From a virus (taxonomy: Duplodnaviria; Caudoviricetes): a stretch of 64,000 nt of DNA. Made by a program: the position numbers and the translations under genes. The notes below the pieces were generated by a model. It did not search any database and had not been told where the DNA came from. It saw only the letters and a list, made by a program, of their open reading frames with translations. The stretch spans positions 32,001 through 96,000 of IMG/VR virus record IMGVR_UViG_3300049141_000098. One strand, given 5' to 3'. This document shows positions 1 to 9,847 of this stretch, one piece after another; position 1 is the stretch's first letter, and each line of letters begins with the position of its first letter.

Positions 1-199
1 TGCCGTCAGGGAAGACGTAGATGTGCTGGAAGCCGCTGGTTGGGTCGATGCCGAGCGCTGCGGCGATGCGCATCACGTACTCGGCACTGGCTGCGTCGTT
101 GGCGAGGTGCTCCGGTACCAGCTTGGACCGCGACATGCGGGCCGCCTGCTGGATGTCCACCTTCTCGGTCTCGCGTTGAGCAAGATCGGTCGACGTCAT
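1..199 (-). CDS. Probable RecT/Bet-like ssDNA-annealing protein, N-terminal part (runs off window)
   Basis: Own translation from ATG at 199: MTSTDLAQRETEKVDIQQAARMSRSKLVPEHLANDAASAEYVMRIAAALGIDPTSGFQHIYVFPDG. The LVP...LGIDP...HIYV pattern resembles annealing proteins, and it lies directly downstream of an exonuclease gene. Confidence 0.45.
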   Translation of the reverse strand, partial: MTSTDLAQRETEKVDIQQAARMSRSKLVPEHLANDAASAEYVMRIAAALGIDPTSGFQHIYVFPDG

Positions 200-296
200 T
201 CGACCCCCCAAATCTTGTTCTCGTTCTCGTGTACTTCTTGTGTGCTCTCGTCTCTTGTTCTTGTGTCTCTACAGTACCAGAAATGAGAGGAGAGGC

Positions 297-2144
297 CTAG
301 GCCGTTCTGCGACCGAACTTTGGGCGCTTCACACAGACCCAGCACTCAGGGTCGGGAGACAGTTCCGTCGCTCGCCCCGAGCGCACAACCTCAGCCAGGT
401 GAGAGGCCCTGCGAATGACCGCCTCGGCGACGTCCGGACGGTAGGGGCAAGACGCCACCCACAGGTCGGTGATGTAGTTGGAGTCGCGAGGGATGAACAC
501 CAGCACGGCGTAGTCCGCTTGACGACCCATCTTCCGCAGGCCGTACAGGTAGAGCATGGTCTGCCCCATGTACTCGGGCGGCACGCCGCCGGAGTTCGCC
601 TCAGACCGGGACAGCAGCGACGTGAGCCGGGCGAGATCGACGTCGCCAGGCTTCAGCAGACCAGCCCGGTCCCTGATCTTGAGGTCATCGAGTTCGGTCC
701 GCTCTTGTGCTGTCAGACCGAGGGTGTAGGCGTTGGGACCGGCTTGCTTCTTGTACTTCTCGATCTTCGCCTTGTCGCTGGTGTTGTGAGTCGGGATCAT
801 CCCTTCGGTGCACAGGTATGTGCTGTCAGGTGAGTCCACCTTGATGCACTGCGTGGGCACCGTCAGAGTCGGTTCAACTGACTTGATGACACGCTGCCGG
901 GCTCGCACCTCGAAACGCACGTCAACCAGGTCCGCCTTGACTGGGCTCAGGAACGGATTCAGTCCGTGCACCGGGGTGAAGGAAACCATGTAGGCCGTCA
1001 CCTCCTTCCCGAACCCCGTGCGTCGCACTTCGTTCACCACGGGGCGCTGACCAAGGCTTATGGCCAGCTCGTACACCCCGAGCGACATCCGCTTGTCAAC
1101 AGACTCGAACACCGCCTTCCGGCGCCCCTTGTTCCAGGTGCCGTCCGTGTCCATGAGGCCGCGCAGCAGGTCGAGTCGCTGCTGAATGGAGCCCCGGAAG
1201 TACCGGGGCGGAATGTGCTTGTTGTGCAGGAGGTCGCAGTCGGCCAAAAGCCCTCGCAGCCCATGGATGGTGCGGGCGCGACTGGTCTGATTGCCACTAC
1301 CCTGCGGCTTGCCGATCTGGAAGCCGCGCCCTCGGATCAACTCGAACAGGCCCTCGTCCGGCTTGCAGATCCTGGCCTCCGAGGCGTCGCCATCGCCGAG
1401 CCAGCACCCCAGGACATACGGGTCGATCGGAAGGTCGGCGTCCGGGAGTTCCAGGGCTCCGGCGTTCATCACTCGATGACGGCTTTGGCCGTTGCCCAGC
1501 TTGAGGGTTCGTCGAATCTCCTCAGTGCTGAGAACCCTCTCGGTAGCGCGGCTCCCCTCTCCGGAGGTGACGGCCCACAGGTGTTCGTCGTCGGCGACGG
1601 CCTGCTTGCCATCCTCGAACGTGATTCGGTAGCAGGTGCGGTGGTGGACTTCGGACTTGCCGAGCACCTTGCAGGGGCGCCCCTGAGAGTCGAACAGTTC
1701 GTCGCCGACCTGGATTTCACCCATGGTGGTCCAGCCGGTTGGCGTGGGCAGCTTGGTGTCGAGCGCCAAGCCCTTCCAGTCCACAACTGTGCGCTTGCGC
1801 GGAAGGAAGACGTCGGTATGCCCTTCCACCACGCCAAGGCCAGGGATGTCGCCGATGCGAACAGTGATCTCCACCTCGGCGTGCGGATAGATGCGGGGCA
1901 GCTCCCGCTCCAGCTTCTCGTGCACCGCCGTGCCGAGCCACGCTTTGAGGCTGAAGTCCTCGCTGACCTGTCCGCCCATGCCGAACGACGAGGCGATCTT
2001 CTTGGCCACGCAGACGTCGCACGTGTTCGCCAGGTCACTGGGGCCGCACGCCTTCTGCTGGTCGCGCCGAGAAGGATTTCTGATGACGGAAACCGCCAAT
2101 CCTTCGACGAAACTGCGGAGAATATTCTGTTCTTCTGCACTCAT
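297..2144 (-). CDS. Cas4-like PD-(D/E)XK exonuclease interrupted by an intein
   Basis: GPSDL..C..C, LGTAVHE, GHTD and VDWK|T (nuclease motif restored on intein removal), plus C-terminal C-x2-C. Confidence 0.85.
   Translation of the reverse strand: MSAEEQNILRSFVEGLAVSVIRNPSRRDQQKACGPSDLANTCDVCVAKKIASSFGMGGQVSEDFSLKAWLGTAVHEKLERELPRIYPHAEVEITVRIGDIPGLGVVEGHTDVFLPRKRTVVDWKGLALDTKLPTPTGWTTMGEIQVGDELFDSQGRPCKVLGKSEVHHRTCYRITFEDGKQAVADDEHLWAVTSGEGSRATERVLSTEEIRRTLKLGNGQSRHRVMNAGALELPDADLPIDPYVLGCWLGDGDASEARICKPDEGLFELIRGRGFQIGKPQGSGNQTSRARTIHGLRGLLADCDLLHNKHIPPRYFRGSIQQRLDLLRGLMDTDGTWNKGRRKAVFESVDKRMSLGVYELAISLGQRPVVNEVRRTGFGKEVTAYMVSFTPVHGLNPFLSPVKADLVDVRFEVRARQRVIKSVEPTLTVPTQCIKVDSPDSTYLCTEGMIPTHNTSDKAKIEKYKKQAGPNAYTLGLTAQERTELDDLKIRDRAGLLKPGDVDLARLTSLLSRSEANSGGVPPEYMGQTMLYLYGLRKMGRQADYAVLVFIPRDSNYITDLWVASCPYRPDVAEAVIRRASHLAEVVRSGRATELSPDPECWVCVKRPKFGRRTA
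783..1772 (-). mobile_element. Intein (330 aa) with LAGLIDADG homing endonuclease, class 3-like
   Basis: Starts GLALDTKLPTPTGWTTMGE; block B DDEHLW; LAGLIDADG motifs VLGCWLGDG and LLRGLMDTDG; ends PTQCIKV...IPTHN, followed by +1 Thr. Confidence 0.9.
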
Positions 2145-2860
2145 ATCGCAACTCTACACCGCGAGATAGCAGCGTCGACAGACATTCGCGCCACCTTCAG
2201 AAGGTCATCCCAGGTCCCGTGGAGGCTCGCTTCCTGGTACTGGGCGAGCCGAGCCAGGGAGGCGGCCGACCCGGCATATCTGGTCAAACGGGTCGGCTTC
2301 TCATGCCACAGGTGGTACAGCGGGGCTTGCCCCCGCCACGGGGCTCCATGAAGACCGTTCAGGGCCATCGCCCACGCCTCATCCTCCTGCCCCCACCCCA
2401 CGAAAGCCGGATCCAAGGGGCAGTTGAGATATGCGTCTCGCCTGAGGACCGTAATGCCACCGCCCTCGAACCCTTTATAGGGGCTCTGGTCGAGCCAAAT
2501 CGTGCGGCCCGTGAGGGATCCTGGCGACGTTCCATCGTAGATCGCCTGGGTCGCATCCCGGCTCATCCGGTACACCTTCAGGTGGGGCATAGCCCAGTCC
2601 GAACCCTGCTCGACGGCCTGCACCGCCTGCTGGACCCCCGGAGTGATGCTGTCTGCATCCGCGATCACGACCACGGGTTCCGTGGTCTCCGCCAGGGCTT
2701 TGGTAACTGCACTGGCCTTGCACCAGCGCCCCTCGCAGAGTCCGAGCTGAATGTTGGCGCCTTCCAGGTTCTCGGCGTACCAGGATCGCGTGTACTCCAG
2801 CGCCTTCGCCCGCCATGGCGTCTCATTACCAAAAGGTATGAGTACAGCGATACGTTTCAT
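2141..2860 (-). CDS. GT-A fold glycosyltransferase (GT2/GT7-like)
   Basis: Start MKRIAVLIPF, DxD motif DADS, C-terminal FVGWGQED and LYHLWH. Confidence 0.8.
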   Translation of the reverse strand: MKRIAVLIPFGNETPWRAKALEYTRSWYAENLEGANIQLGLCEGRWCKASAVTKALAETTEPVVVIADADSITPGVQQAVQAVEQGSDWAMPHLKVYRMSRDATQAIYDGTSPGSLTGRTIWLDQSPYKGFEGGGITVLRRDAYLNCPLDPAFVGWGQEDEAWAMALNGLHGAPWRGQAPLYHLWHEKPTRLTRYAGSAASLARLAQYQEASLHGTWDDLLKVARMSVDAAISRCRVAI

Positions 2861-2927
2861 GGGCCTATCCTGGCATGGAAACGGGCTCACGCTCAGGGGA
2901 TGGCGTGGGCCCGTTTCCATGCTCCGG

Positions 2928-3623
2928 TCAGGACGGGATGTCCTCCAGCTCGAAGACCTCGTCATCACTGGCAGGCGCCTTCTCGTCGAGCACCTTCAGC
3001 CGGTCCTCGTCGGTCGCCTCACGAACCTCCAGCTTGAGGCCGTGGCTCTTCATGCATGCCTTGAGCTTCTCGGGCTCGTTCTTGAAGACGAGGCGGGCCG
3101 TGGTTGCGTCGGGCTTCGAGACGGAGATCCGATGCAGGTCTGCGGTGCTCAGGTTCTGGATCGCCTTCCCCTCGTCGAACCGGTCGTTGGTGCTGTAGAC
3201 CAGGGCCAAAGAGCCGTGAAGTTCCAGGCCGGGAGACTTGCGACGCCCCTTGGCGACAGCCTTCGCCCGTTCGATGAGCGCCTTCGTCTCCGAGAGGATC
3301 TTCTGCTGCTCCGCGATCAGCTCGGCCAGCTCGGCCTCTGACAGCTTGTCGAGGTTGTCCAGCAGCTCCATGCGGTCGATCTCCGTCTTCATCGCGTGGG
3401 GGTGGTCACCCGGCAGAGACCGCACCGGGATGTACCCCGAGGTGTAGGGCCGACCATCGCTGGCCAGGTAGCTCTCGTGGAAAGAAGCGGCACGAACACG
3501 ACGAGGCGGACCATACCCGTCGTCGGTGACAGTGACGATCGTGAAGCTGGCGGGGCCTTCGTTGCGGGTCTCGATGAGGTTGCTGGTGCGGACGTTCACG
3601 TAACGGGTGCCAGGCACAGGCAC
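2928..3623 (-). CDS. Hypothetical protein with coiled-coil segment
   Basis: 231-aa ORF with strong RBS (GGAAAGGAG), in operon-like arrangement. Confidence 0.65.
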   Translation of the reverse strand: MPVPGTRYVNVRTSNLIETRNEGPASFTIVTVTDDGYGPPRRVRAASFHESYLASDGRPYTSGYIPVRSLPGDHPHAMKTEIDRMELLDNLDKLSEAELAELIAEQQKILSETKALIERAKAVAKGRRKSPGLELHGSLALVYSTNDRFDEGKAIQNLSTADLHRISVSKPDATTARLVFKNEPEKLKACMKSHGLKLEVREATDEDRLKVLDEKAPASDDEVFELEDIPS

Positions 3624-3804
3624 TCTCCTTTCCGAAAAGCCCCGTCACCGGGACTCATGAGAGCAACTCTACCATTGTGTCACGAGTTTCTGCGAAATTA
3701 TCGCAGATCACCGAGCCGACTCCCCCTGTCGTGACTGGTAGTCCACGCAGGCAGCCCGGCAAAGAGTCAGATCGCCTGCGTGGACCTGGCCTCGGCGAGC
3801 GCCG

Positions 3805-6800
3805 TCAGCCAACCGCTTCGATGCACCGGACGCCGAAAGCTCGCACGATCTCCGGCTCCACCCGATCTTTGTCTACTCGCGCGTCAAGCCGGTAGACCGT
3901 TGTCTTGCAGGGCCCGTTCACCCGAAGAAGGATGTCGGCCTCCCCCGGATGGTCGTTCAAGATCTGCTTCAGCGCCGAGACCGACTCGGGCGTGACCTTG
4001 GTCGAGGGGAACGTGATGCGAACGAGCGGGCCTCCCTCGACCTCGACGGAGGAGATGTCAAGAACCTGCACCTCCTGCCCGAACAGGCTGATGGCTCCGT
4101 CTCGCTCGTTGATCTGGCCTTGCACCGACACGACGGAGTCCTCGATCAGGACGCTGGAGGCCAGGGTGTACGCGCTGGCGAAGAAGAGGACGTCAATCTC
4201 TCCGTCTCGGTCCGCCAGGCTCACGATCGCGTAGGGCTTGCCCTTCTTTGTGACCTTGTGCTGGACGTTGGTGATCAAACCAGCCAGCCGGACGACTCCT
4301 TCCGTTCGGTCCGAAGTGAGCAGGTCGATCACCGTGCTGTCCCGGCGCTTCGAGAGGATGTGCTCCGTTCCGTCCAGGGGGTGGGCGGACACGTACAGAC
4401 CCAGCATTTCCCGCTCCAACGAGAGAAGGATCTTACGCGGCCATTCCTCCGACGAGATCTCAACTGGCAGGCCGAAGGAGACTCCACCGTCGACTCCGGT
4501 CGCTAGCTCGGAGAACAGATCGTCCTGACCGTACGATGCCGCCTTCTTTCCCGAGATTGCCGCATCGACAGCCATCTCGTACGCCGTCGACAGCCCCTTC
4601 CTGCTGTGCCCCAAGCTGTCGAAAGCACCCCCCTTGATCAGGGATTCGAGGCCCCTCTTGTTCAGTCCAGGCAGGTCCACCTTGTCGATGTAGTCCGCGA
4701 ACGACGTGAAGACGCCCTTGTCTTCCCGGGCCTTGACCACGGCCTCGATCAACCCGTCTCCGACATTGCGCACCGAGCGGAGGCCGAACCGGACGGCGTC
4801 ACCGACGGCAGTGAAGTCTCCGACAGACTCGTTGACGTCAGGAGGGAGCACCTTGATGCCCAGTCTGCGGGCATCCGCCAAGTACGTTCCAGCCTTGTCC
4901 TTGTCGTCTTCGACCGAGGTGAGCAACGCGGCCATGTACTCGGCCGGGTAGTTCGCCTTCAGATACGCGGTCCAGTACGAAATGAGGCCATATCCGGCAG
5001 TGTGGGATTTGTTGAACGCATAGCCGGAGAAGGGGAGCATGACGTCCCAGATGGCCTGTACGGCTTCGGGTGAGTATCCCTTGCCCTCCATGCCGGTGCG
5101 GAACTTGTCCCACTCGGCGGCCAACACTTCGGGTTTCTTCTTGCCCATGGCGCGGCGTAGCATGTCGGCGCCGCCGAGGGTGTATCCGGCCAGCTCTCGG
5201 GCCACCGCCATGATCTGCTCTTGGTAGACGAGCAAGTGGTGAGTGGATCCCAGGATCGGGTCGAGAACCTGCTTCAGTTCGGGGTGGATCGGCTCGGGCT
5301 TCTGCTTTCCGTTCTGGCGCAGTGCGTAGTTGGTGTGGGCGTTGGCGGCCATGGGGCCGGGTCGGTAGAGGGCAAGTGCTGCTGCAATGTCTTCGAAGCG
5401 GGTGGGCTCCATCAGCTTGAGCAGTGCGCGCATCCCGCCGCCGTCGAGCTGGAAGACGCCGAGGGTGTCACCCTTGGCGAGGAGGCCGAAGGTCTTCTTG
5501 TCGTCGAGCGGGATGACCTTCTTGTCCGGGTCCCCGTCCATGGGATCGACCGTGACGAGCTGGACATTACGGTTCTTCTTGATGATCTTCAGGGCGTGGT
5601 CGATGATGCCCAGGTTGCGCAGGCCCAGGAAGTCCATCTTCAGCAGGCCGAGCGCTTCGCATGACGGATAGTCGAAGCCCGCGATCCGCGCCCCGTCCTT
5701 GGCCCGCATGTGCAGCGGAATGCGTTCGACTAGCGGCGTCTTGGAGATGATCACAGCGGCGGCATGCACGCCAGTGTTGCGCGTCAGACCTTCGACGCCC
5801 TTGGCCGTGTCGATGATCTTCTTCACGTCCGGCTCGTTCTGGTACATCTCGCGGACGTCACCGCACTCCCCATATCGGGGGTGCTCGGGGTCGAGGATCC
5901 CGTCCAGTGGAACCGGGTTTCCATTGACGTCCGGCGGGAGCGCCTTGGTGATCCGCTCCCCCTGCTGATAGGGGAACTCCAGAATCCGCGCCGCGTCCTT
6001 GATCGCGTTCTTGGCCTTGATCTTGCCAAACGTGATCACCATCGAGGTGTATTCGGCGCCATACTTCTCAGCGACGTAGCGCACCATCTTCTCGCGCTGC
6101 CGGTCGTCGAAGTCCAGGTCAACATCCGGAGGATTGATGCGCTCCGGGTTGAGGAACCGCTCGAACAGCAGCCCCTGCTCCAGGGGGCACAGCTCGGTGA
6201 TTCGGGTGGCGTAGGCGACGATCGAGCCGGTGGCCGAGCCACGTCCGGGCCCTACCGGGATCTCGTTGTCACGGGCGTACCGGCAGATGTCCGCGACGAT
6301 GAGGAAGTACGAAGAGAAACCCATGGGGCCGATGACGGACATCTCGGTCTCGAAGCGTTGCATGACCTCCGCCGGAAGCGGCACGCCATAGCGCTTTTCC
6401 AGACCCTTCAAGCACTCCTGGCGAAGCCACTCCTCCTGAGTTACCCCGTCGGGAACGTCCGGGTAGTCCGGCATCTCGTCGACCATCGCGAAGACTTCGT
6501 CGTAGGACTCGACGCGCTCAGTGATCAGGAGAGTGTTGTCGCAGGCCTCGGGCAGCTCGGAGAAGAGGCTCCGCATCTCCTGTGCGGTCTTCAGGTAGTA
6601 GCCGGTGCCGGAGAACTTGAAGCGGTTCTCGTCCGACTTGTTCTTCCCGGTGCCAATGCACAGGAGGTTGTCGTGCGCGTCGGCCTGGCTGGCGTGAATG
6701 TAGTGGGCGTCGTTCGTCGCCAGCAGAGGGATGCCCAACTCCTTGGCCAGGCGCAGCAGGTCACCCCGAACCTGAGACTCGATGGACAAGCCGTGATCCA

Positions 6801-7398
6801 TCAGCTCCAGGAAGTAGTTCTCCTTGCCGAGGATCTCCTGGTAGGCAGCGGCCGTCTTGCGCGCTTCGTCGTACTGGCCCAGGCGCAGACGCGTCTGGAT
6901 GGCTCCGGAGGGGCAGCCGGTCGTGCCGATGATTCCCTCGGAGTGCTCGGCGATGAGTTCCATGTCCATCCGGGGCTTGCCAGCCGGGTACTGGCCTGTG
7001 TACGAGGCCTCCGTGGACAGGCGGAAGAGGTTGCGGAGCCCTCGGGCATTGCGGGCCCACATCGTCATGTGGGTGTAGCGGCCACCACCGGAGACGTCCT
7101 TGGTGGCCTCCATGTCGTCGGAGACCTGGCGCGCTCCTCCGGGGTTCCAGAACTCGCGCTTGCGGTTCAGCCGGGAGGAGGGGGCGACGTAGGCCTCGAT
7201 GCCGATGATCGGCTTGACGTCGGGGAACTTCTGGCTGGTGGAGTAGAAGTCGTAGGCGCCGAACATATTGCCGTGGTCGCTCATCGCGACGGCAGGCATC
7301 CCCTGACGGGCCACCTCTTCGAACATGGGCTTGAGCTTCTGGGCTCCGTCGAGCAGGGAGAATTCGGTGTGATTGTGCAGATGGGTAAAGCTGTCCAT
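3805..7398 (-). CDS. dnaE: DNA polymerase III alpha subunit
   Basis: PHP motifs HLHNHTEFS, SDHG, GIEAY, TNDAH; VGPGRGSATGS; PPDVDLDFD; KMDFLGLR; GYAFNKSH; C-terminal OB fold. Start taken at MDSFTH. Confidence 0.97.
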   Translation of the reverse strand: MDSFTHLHNHTEFSLLDGAQKLKPMFEEVARQGMPAVAMSDHGNMFGAYDFYSTSQKFPDVKPIIGIEAYVAPSSRLNRKREFWNPGGARQVSDDMEATKDVSGGGRYTHMTMWARNARGLRNLFRLSTEASYTGQYPAGKPRMDMELIAEHSEGIIGTTGCPSGAIQTRLRLGQYDEARKTAAAYQEILGKENYFLELMDHGLSIESQVRGDLLRLAKELGIPLLATNDAHYIHASQADAHDNLLCIGTGKNKSDENRFKFSGTGYYLKTAQEMRSLFSELPEACDNTLLITERVESYDEVFAMVDEMPDYPDVPDGVTQEEWLRQECLKGLEKRYGVPLPAEVMQRFETEMSVIGPMGFSSYFLIVADICRYARDNEIPVGPGRGSATGSIVAYATRITELCPLEQGLLFERFLNPERINPPDVDLDFDDRQREKMVRYVAEKYGAEYTSMVITFGKIKAKNAIKDAARILEFPYQQGERITKALPPDVNGNPVPLDGILDPEHPRYGECGDVREMYQNEPDVKKIIDTAKGVEGLTRNTGVHAAAVIISKTPLVERIPLHMRAKDGARIAGFDYPSCEALGLLKMDFLGLRNLGIIDHALKIIKKNRNVQLVTVDPMDGDPDKKVIPLDDKKTFGLLAKGDTLGVFQLDGGGMRALLKLMEPTRFEDIAAALALYRPGPMAANAHTNYALRQNGKQKPEPIHPELKQVLDPILGSTHHLLVYQEQIMAVARELAGYTLGGADMLRRAMGKKKPEVLAAEWDKFRTGMEGKGYSPEAVQAIWDVMLPFSGYAFNKSHTAGYGLISYWTAYLKANYPAEYMAALLTSVEDDKDKAGTYLADARRLGIKVLPPDVNESVGDFTAVGDAVRFGLRSVRNVGDGLIEAVVKAREDKGVFTSFADYIDKVDLPGLNKRGLESLIKGGAFDSLGHSRKGLSTAYEMAVDAAISGKKAASYGQDDLFSELATGVDGGVSFGLPVEISSEEWPRKILLSLEREMLGLYVSAHPLDGTEHILSKRRDSTVIDLLTSDRTEGVVRLAGLITNVQHKVTKKGKPYAIVSLADRDGEIDVLFFASAYTLASSVLIEDSVVSVQGQINERDGAISLFGQEVQVLDISSVEVEGGPLVRITFPSTKVTPESVSALKQILNDHPGEADILLRVNGPCKTTVYRLDARVDKDRVEPEIVRAFGVRCIEAVG

Positions 7399-7450
7399 CG
7401 AACGCCTCCGAGTCGTCACGAAGGGGTCAAGATACCGACCCACCTCACGT

Positions 7451-7460
7451 GGCCTAGGCC
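7451..7460. promoter_or_regulatory. GGCCTAGGCC operator at the dnaE promoter
   Basis: Abuts minus-strand -10 TAGACT (7461-7466). Confidence 0.65.
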
Positions 7461-7529
7461 AGTCTACAGGCTTTACCCCACTGATACACCCCCAGATCTA
7501 CCTCCCATTTGGTCCGTAGAGTGGGAAAC

Positions 7530-8429
7530 ATGGAGATCGTAAACGTCATCGCCTGGCGCAGACCCGACTTCCTCCTGGCCATGCTGATGCGGCTCGCCAA
7601 AGCCGACACGCCGGGGATCCACTATCGGGTCAACGTCGACCACGACCCGGACCCGCTGGTGCCGGAGGTGGCCGACCGGTTCTCCTGGAACGTCGGCCCC
7701 AAGCGGGTCGAAGTGGTGTACCGAGGCCCGTGCGAGGACCAGGGGCCTACACGGAACATGCTCCAGGCGCTGCATGAATCCATGAACTACGGCGCCGACT
7801 TGATCCACTTGATCGAAGACGACATCTTCGTCTCCACCGGGTACTTCACGTACCACCGCAGCGCCCACGAGCTGGCTCCGGACGCCTTCTGTGTGACCGC
7901 ATGCAAGCCGGACCTGGACGCCACCCCGACGAGTCCGCAGAGCTTCCGTCAGGCCACCCTGCGGCCCTTTGCCCCAACGGTCGGGACCAGCTTCCGGCCC
8001 GAGCGCCTACGGCAGATCCTGGACTACCTGCCCATGTCCTATCTGGAGGACCGGGTCGGGCATTTGCGCCGGACTTTCCCCCAGCACCCCTGCGCCCCGC
8101 ACCTGTGGAGCGGAATCGACGGGGCCATGGGGCGGGTGCGCCATCGCCTCGACAAGCTCACGGTCTTCCCCGAGATCGGACGCGCCTATCACGCAGGGTT
8201 CATCGGGGCGGGATGTGAGGGCGAGGCCTGCAACGGAGACACCGCGCGGGACGGGTACAACAACGGCCCGCACCGCCACGGCGCCGGACTGACCGGGACG
8301 GTGGCGGAGCGGGCCGCTCAACTGCTGAAGATGCGCGCCGAGGACTTTAACGCGCGAGCCGGGATCCGGGATCACGTCTGGTTCGACCCGGACGTGGACT
8401 ACGGACCAGTGACCGCGATCGCCCCCTAG
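7530..8429 (+). CDS. GT-A fold glycosyltransferase
   Basis: IAWRRPDFL start, HLIEDDIFVS (DxD-type), PEIGRAYHAG; divergent from dnaE. Confidence 0.7.
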   Translation: MEIVNVIAWRRPDFLLAMLMRLAKADTPGIHYRVNVDHDPDPLVPEVADRFSWNVGPKRVEVVYRGPCEDQGPTRNMLQALHESMNYGADLIHLIEDDIFVSTGYFTYHRSAHELAPDAFCVTACKPDLDATPTSPQSFRQATLRPFAPTVGTSFRPERLRQILDYLPMSYLEDRVGHLRRTFPQHPCAPHLWSGIDGAMGRVRHRLDKLTVFPEIGRAYHAGFIGAGCEGEACNGDTARDGYNNGPHRHGAGLTGTVAERAAQLLKMRAEDFNARAGIRDHVWFDPDVDYGPVTAIAP

Positions 8430-8435
8430 CGGGGG

Positions 8436-8672
8436 TCATTTGCCGACGACACGCCCATGGCGAAGCTTCCGGTTTACGGCCACTGGCCAGATGTGCAGCA
8501 CGAACAGGTACACCAGCGCCAGCATCGCATTGAACACTCGGTCGGCAGGTGAGTCGCTCACGCCGTTCTGGGTCATCTCTCGGCGCAGGCCAGCAGGCGG
8601 GTATGCGATGCCTCGTGTCAGGGCCAGCCAACCGACGCACAAATACAGGGCGTAAACCGACATTCCGAACAT
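8436..8672 (-). CDS. Small membrane protein
   Basis: MFGMSVYALYLCVGW..., two hydrophobic segments, RBS GAAAGGAG upstream. Confidence 0.55.
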   Translation of the reverse strand: MFGMSVYALYLCVGWLALTRGIAYPPAGLRREMTQNGVSDSPADRVFNAMLALVYLFVLHIWPVAVNRKLRHGRVVGK

Positions 8673-8721
8673 GCGGCTCCTTTCGCTCACATGTCTCGCC
8701 GGGCCCGAGGAGAGCCCCGGG

Positions 8722-8940
8722 TTAGGTCCGATCGGTCTCGGCCGTGAAAGCCTCGTCGATCCGGGTCTTACGGAAGTCGGCGTTGGCATCTTCGAGGATC
8801 GCCACGAGCCGGTGGGTGGCCGCGAAGGCATCGTGATCGAGTGGACGGAAGTCGTCGAGCAGGTCGGCCACCTCGTTCTCGTCGATCTCAATGTGAATGC
8901 GTCGGCCATCGTGGCGCAGGTTTGTGTAGATGCGGTCCAT
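8722..8940 (-). CDS. Hypothetical protein
   Basis: 72-aa ORF with phage-like composition and GGAG RBS, abutting the upstream gene. Confidence 0.55.
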   Translation of the reverse strand: MDRIYTNLRHDGRRIHIEIDENEVADLLDDFRPLDHDAFAATHRLVAILEDANADFRKTRIDEAFTAETDRT

Positions 8941-8941
8941 C

Positions 8942-9847
8942 TCAGTAGCTCCCTTCTGAAGTCCACGTCTCGCCTTCGGCGTTCCGGTGTGTGGTGTGCT
9001 TGCCGTGGATCACGCAGTTGACGATGGGCTCGCCGTTGCGCAAGAACGGCGGGGCGGGGCAGCCGCAGTAGGCGGGCTGCGCCTCATGCTCGTGGGCGTC
9101 GTCGAGGTGACTCCAGTGCCCGGCCTTCGGCTCGCCGACCCATACGATCTGACCCTGGCAGGTGATGCACAGGCCGACCGAAGAGTCTTCCGCAAGGGGG
9201 CATGGACCGCCGTTGCAGGCCCCGGTGTCGCCGCACTGGGGGCAGCGATCCGGCGCCAGCTCGAAGTCCAGCTTCCACCCCAGGTACCGGCAGGCGGCCA
9301 TCACGGTGCTCACGGGGTGGCTCGCGATGTACTGGGCGAGAGCATGGGCGGCCGGATGGTCGGGCTCGCTCAGGGCGGCAGCAGGGGCCCTGTGCCGCTC
9401 CGGGAGGTCGCTGCGCCCCTTGTTGTGGCCAAGGGGCATGAGACATCCACCCCACGCCCCGCAGCGGGGGTAATCCTGGGACTCCAGATAGTCGTCGCAC
9501 TTGCAGTTCAGGCATCGCCGTCGGGTACTCATACCCAGACGGCCGTGGCCGTGGAAGTCATGTCCGCACTTACAGGGCGCGGCCGGGTGGGTGCCGTCGC
9601 TGCACCTCGGACACGTGGTGCTCCGCTTCGCGAAGGCGCCCTTGACCAGTTCGTCCAGGGTCACCGTAGGCGCGGGCGGCGGCAGCTCCGTGACTTCGAC
9701 CTCGGTGAGGTCGTCGCGATCGGACAGTCCGTCCTCGATCCACGTCTTCACATGTCGCAGCATGTCTGCCGGGTCGGCGTAATAGCTGCCGTCCTCACGG
9801 GTCTCCACGTCGACCCTGACCGAGGCGCGCATAGGCCGACTTGTCAT
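8942..9847 (-). CDS. Hypothetical Cys/His-rich mosaic protein
   Basis: Several CxxC motifs; overlapping start/stop with its neighbour. Confidence 0.6.
   Translation of the reverse strand: MTSRPMRASVRVDVETREDGSYYADPADMLRHVKTWIEDGLSDRDDLTEVEVTELPPPAPTVTLDELVKGAFAKRSTTCPRCSDGTHPAAPCKCGHDFHGHGRLGMSTRRRCLNCKCDDYLESQDYPRCGAWGGCLMPLGHNKGRSDLPERHRAPAAALSEPDHPAAHALAQYIASHPVSTVMAACRYLGWKLDFELAPDRCPQCGDTGACNGGPCPLAEDSSVGLCITCQGQIVWVGEPKAGHWSHLDDAHEHEAQPAYCGCPAPPFLRNGEPIVNCVIHGKHTTHRNAEGETWTSEGSY

Noticed and set aside
297-2144. CRISPR-Cas system suggested by the Cas4-like gene
   Set aside because: No repeat-spacer array or other cas genes in the window; solo Cas4-like exonucleases next to annealing proteins are normal phage recombination genes.
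3905-7542. Long plus-strand ORFs antisense to dnaE (e.g. 5764-7542) and to other genes (51679-53013, 57982-59487)
   Set aside because: Typical stop-poor shadow frames of high-GC coding sequence; no recognisable domains.
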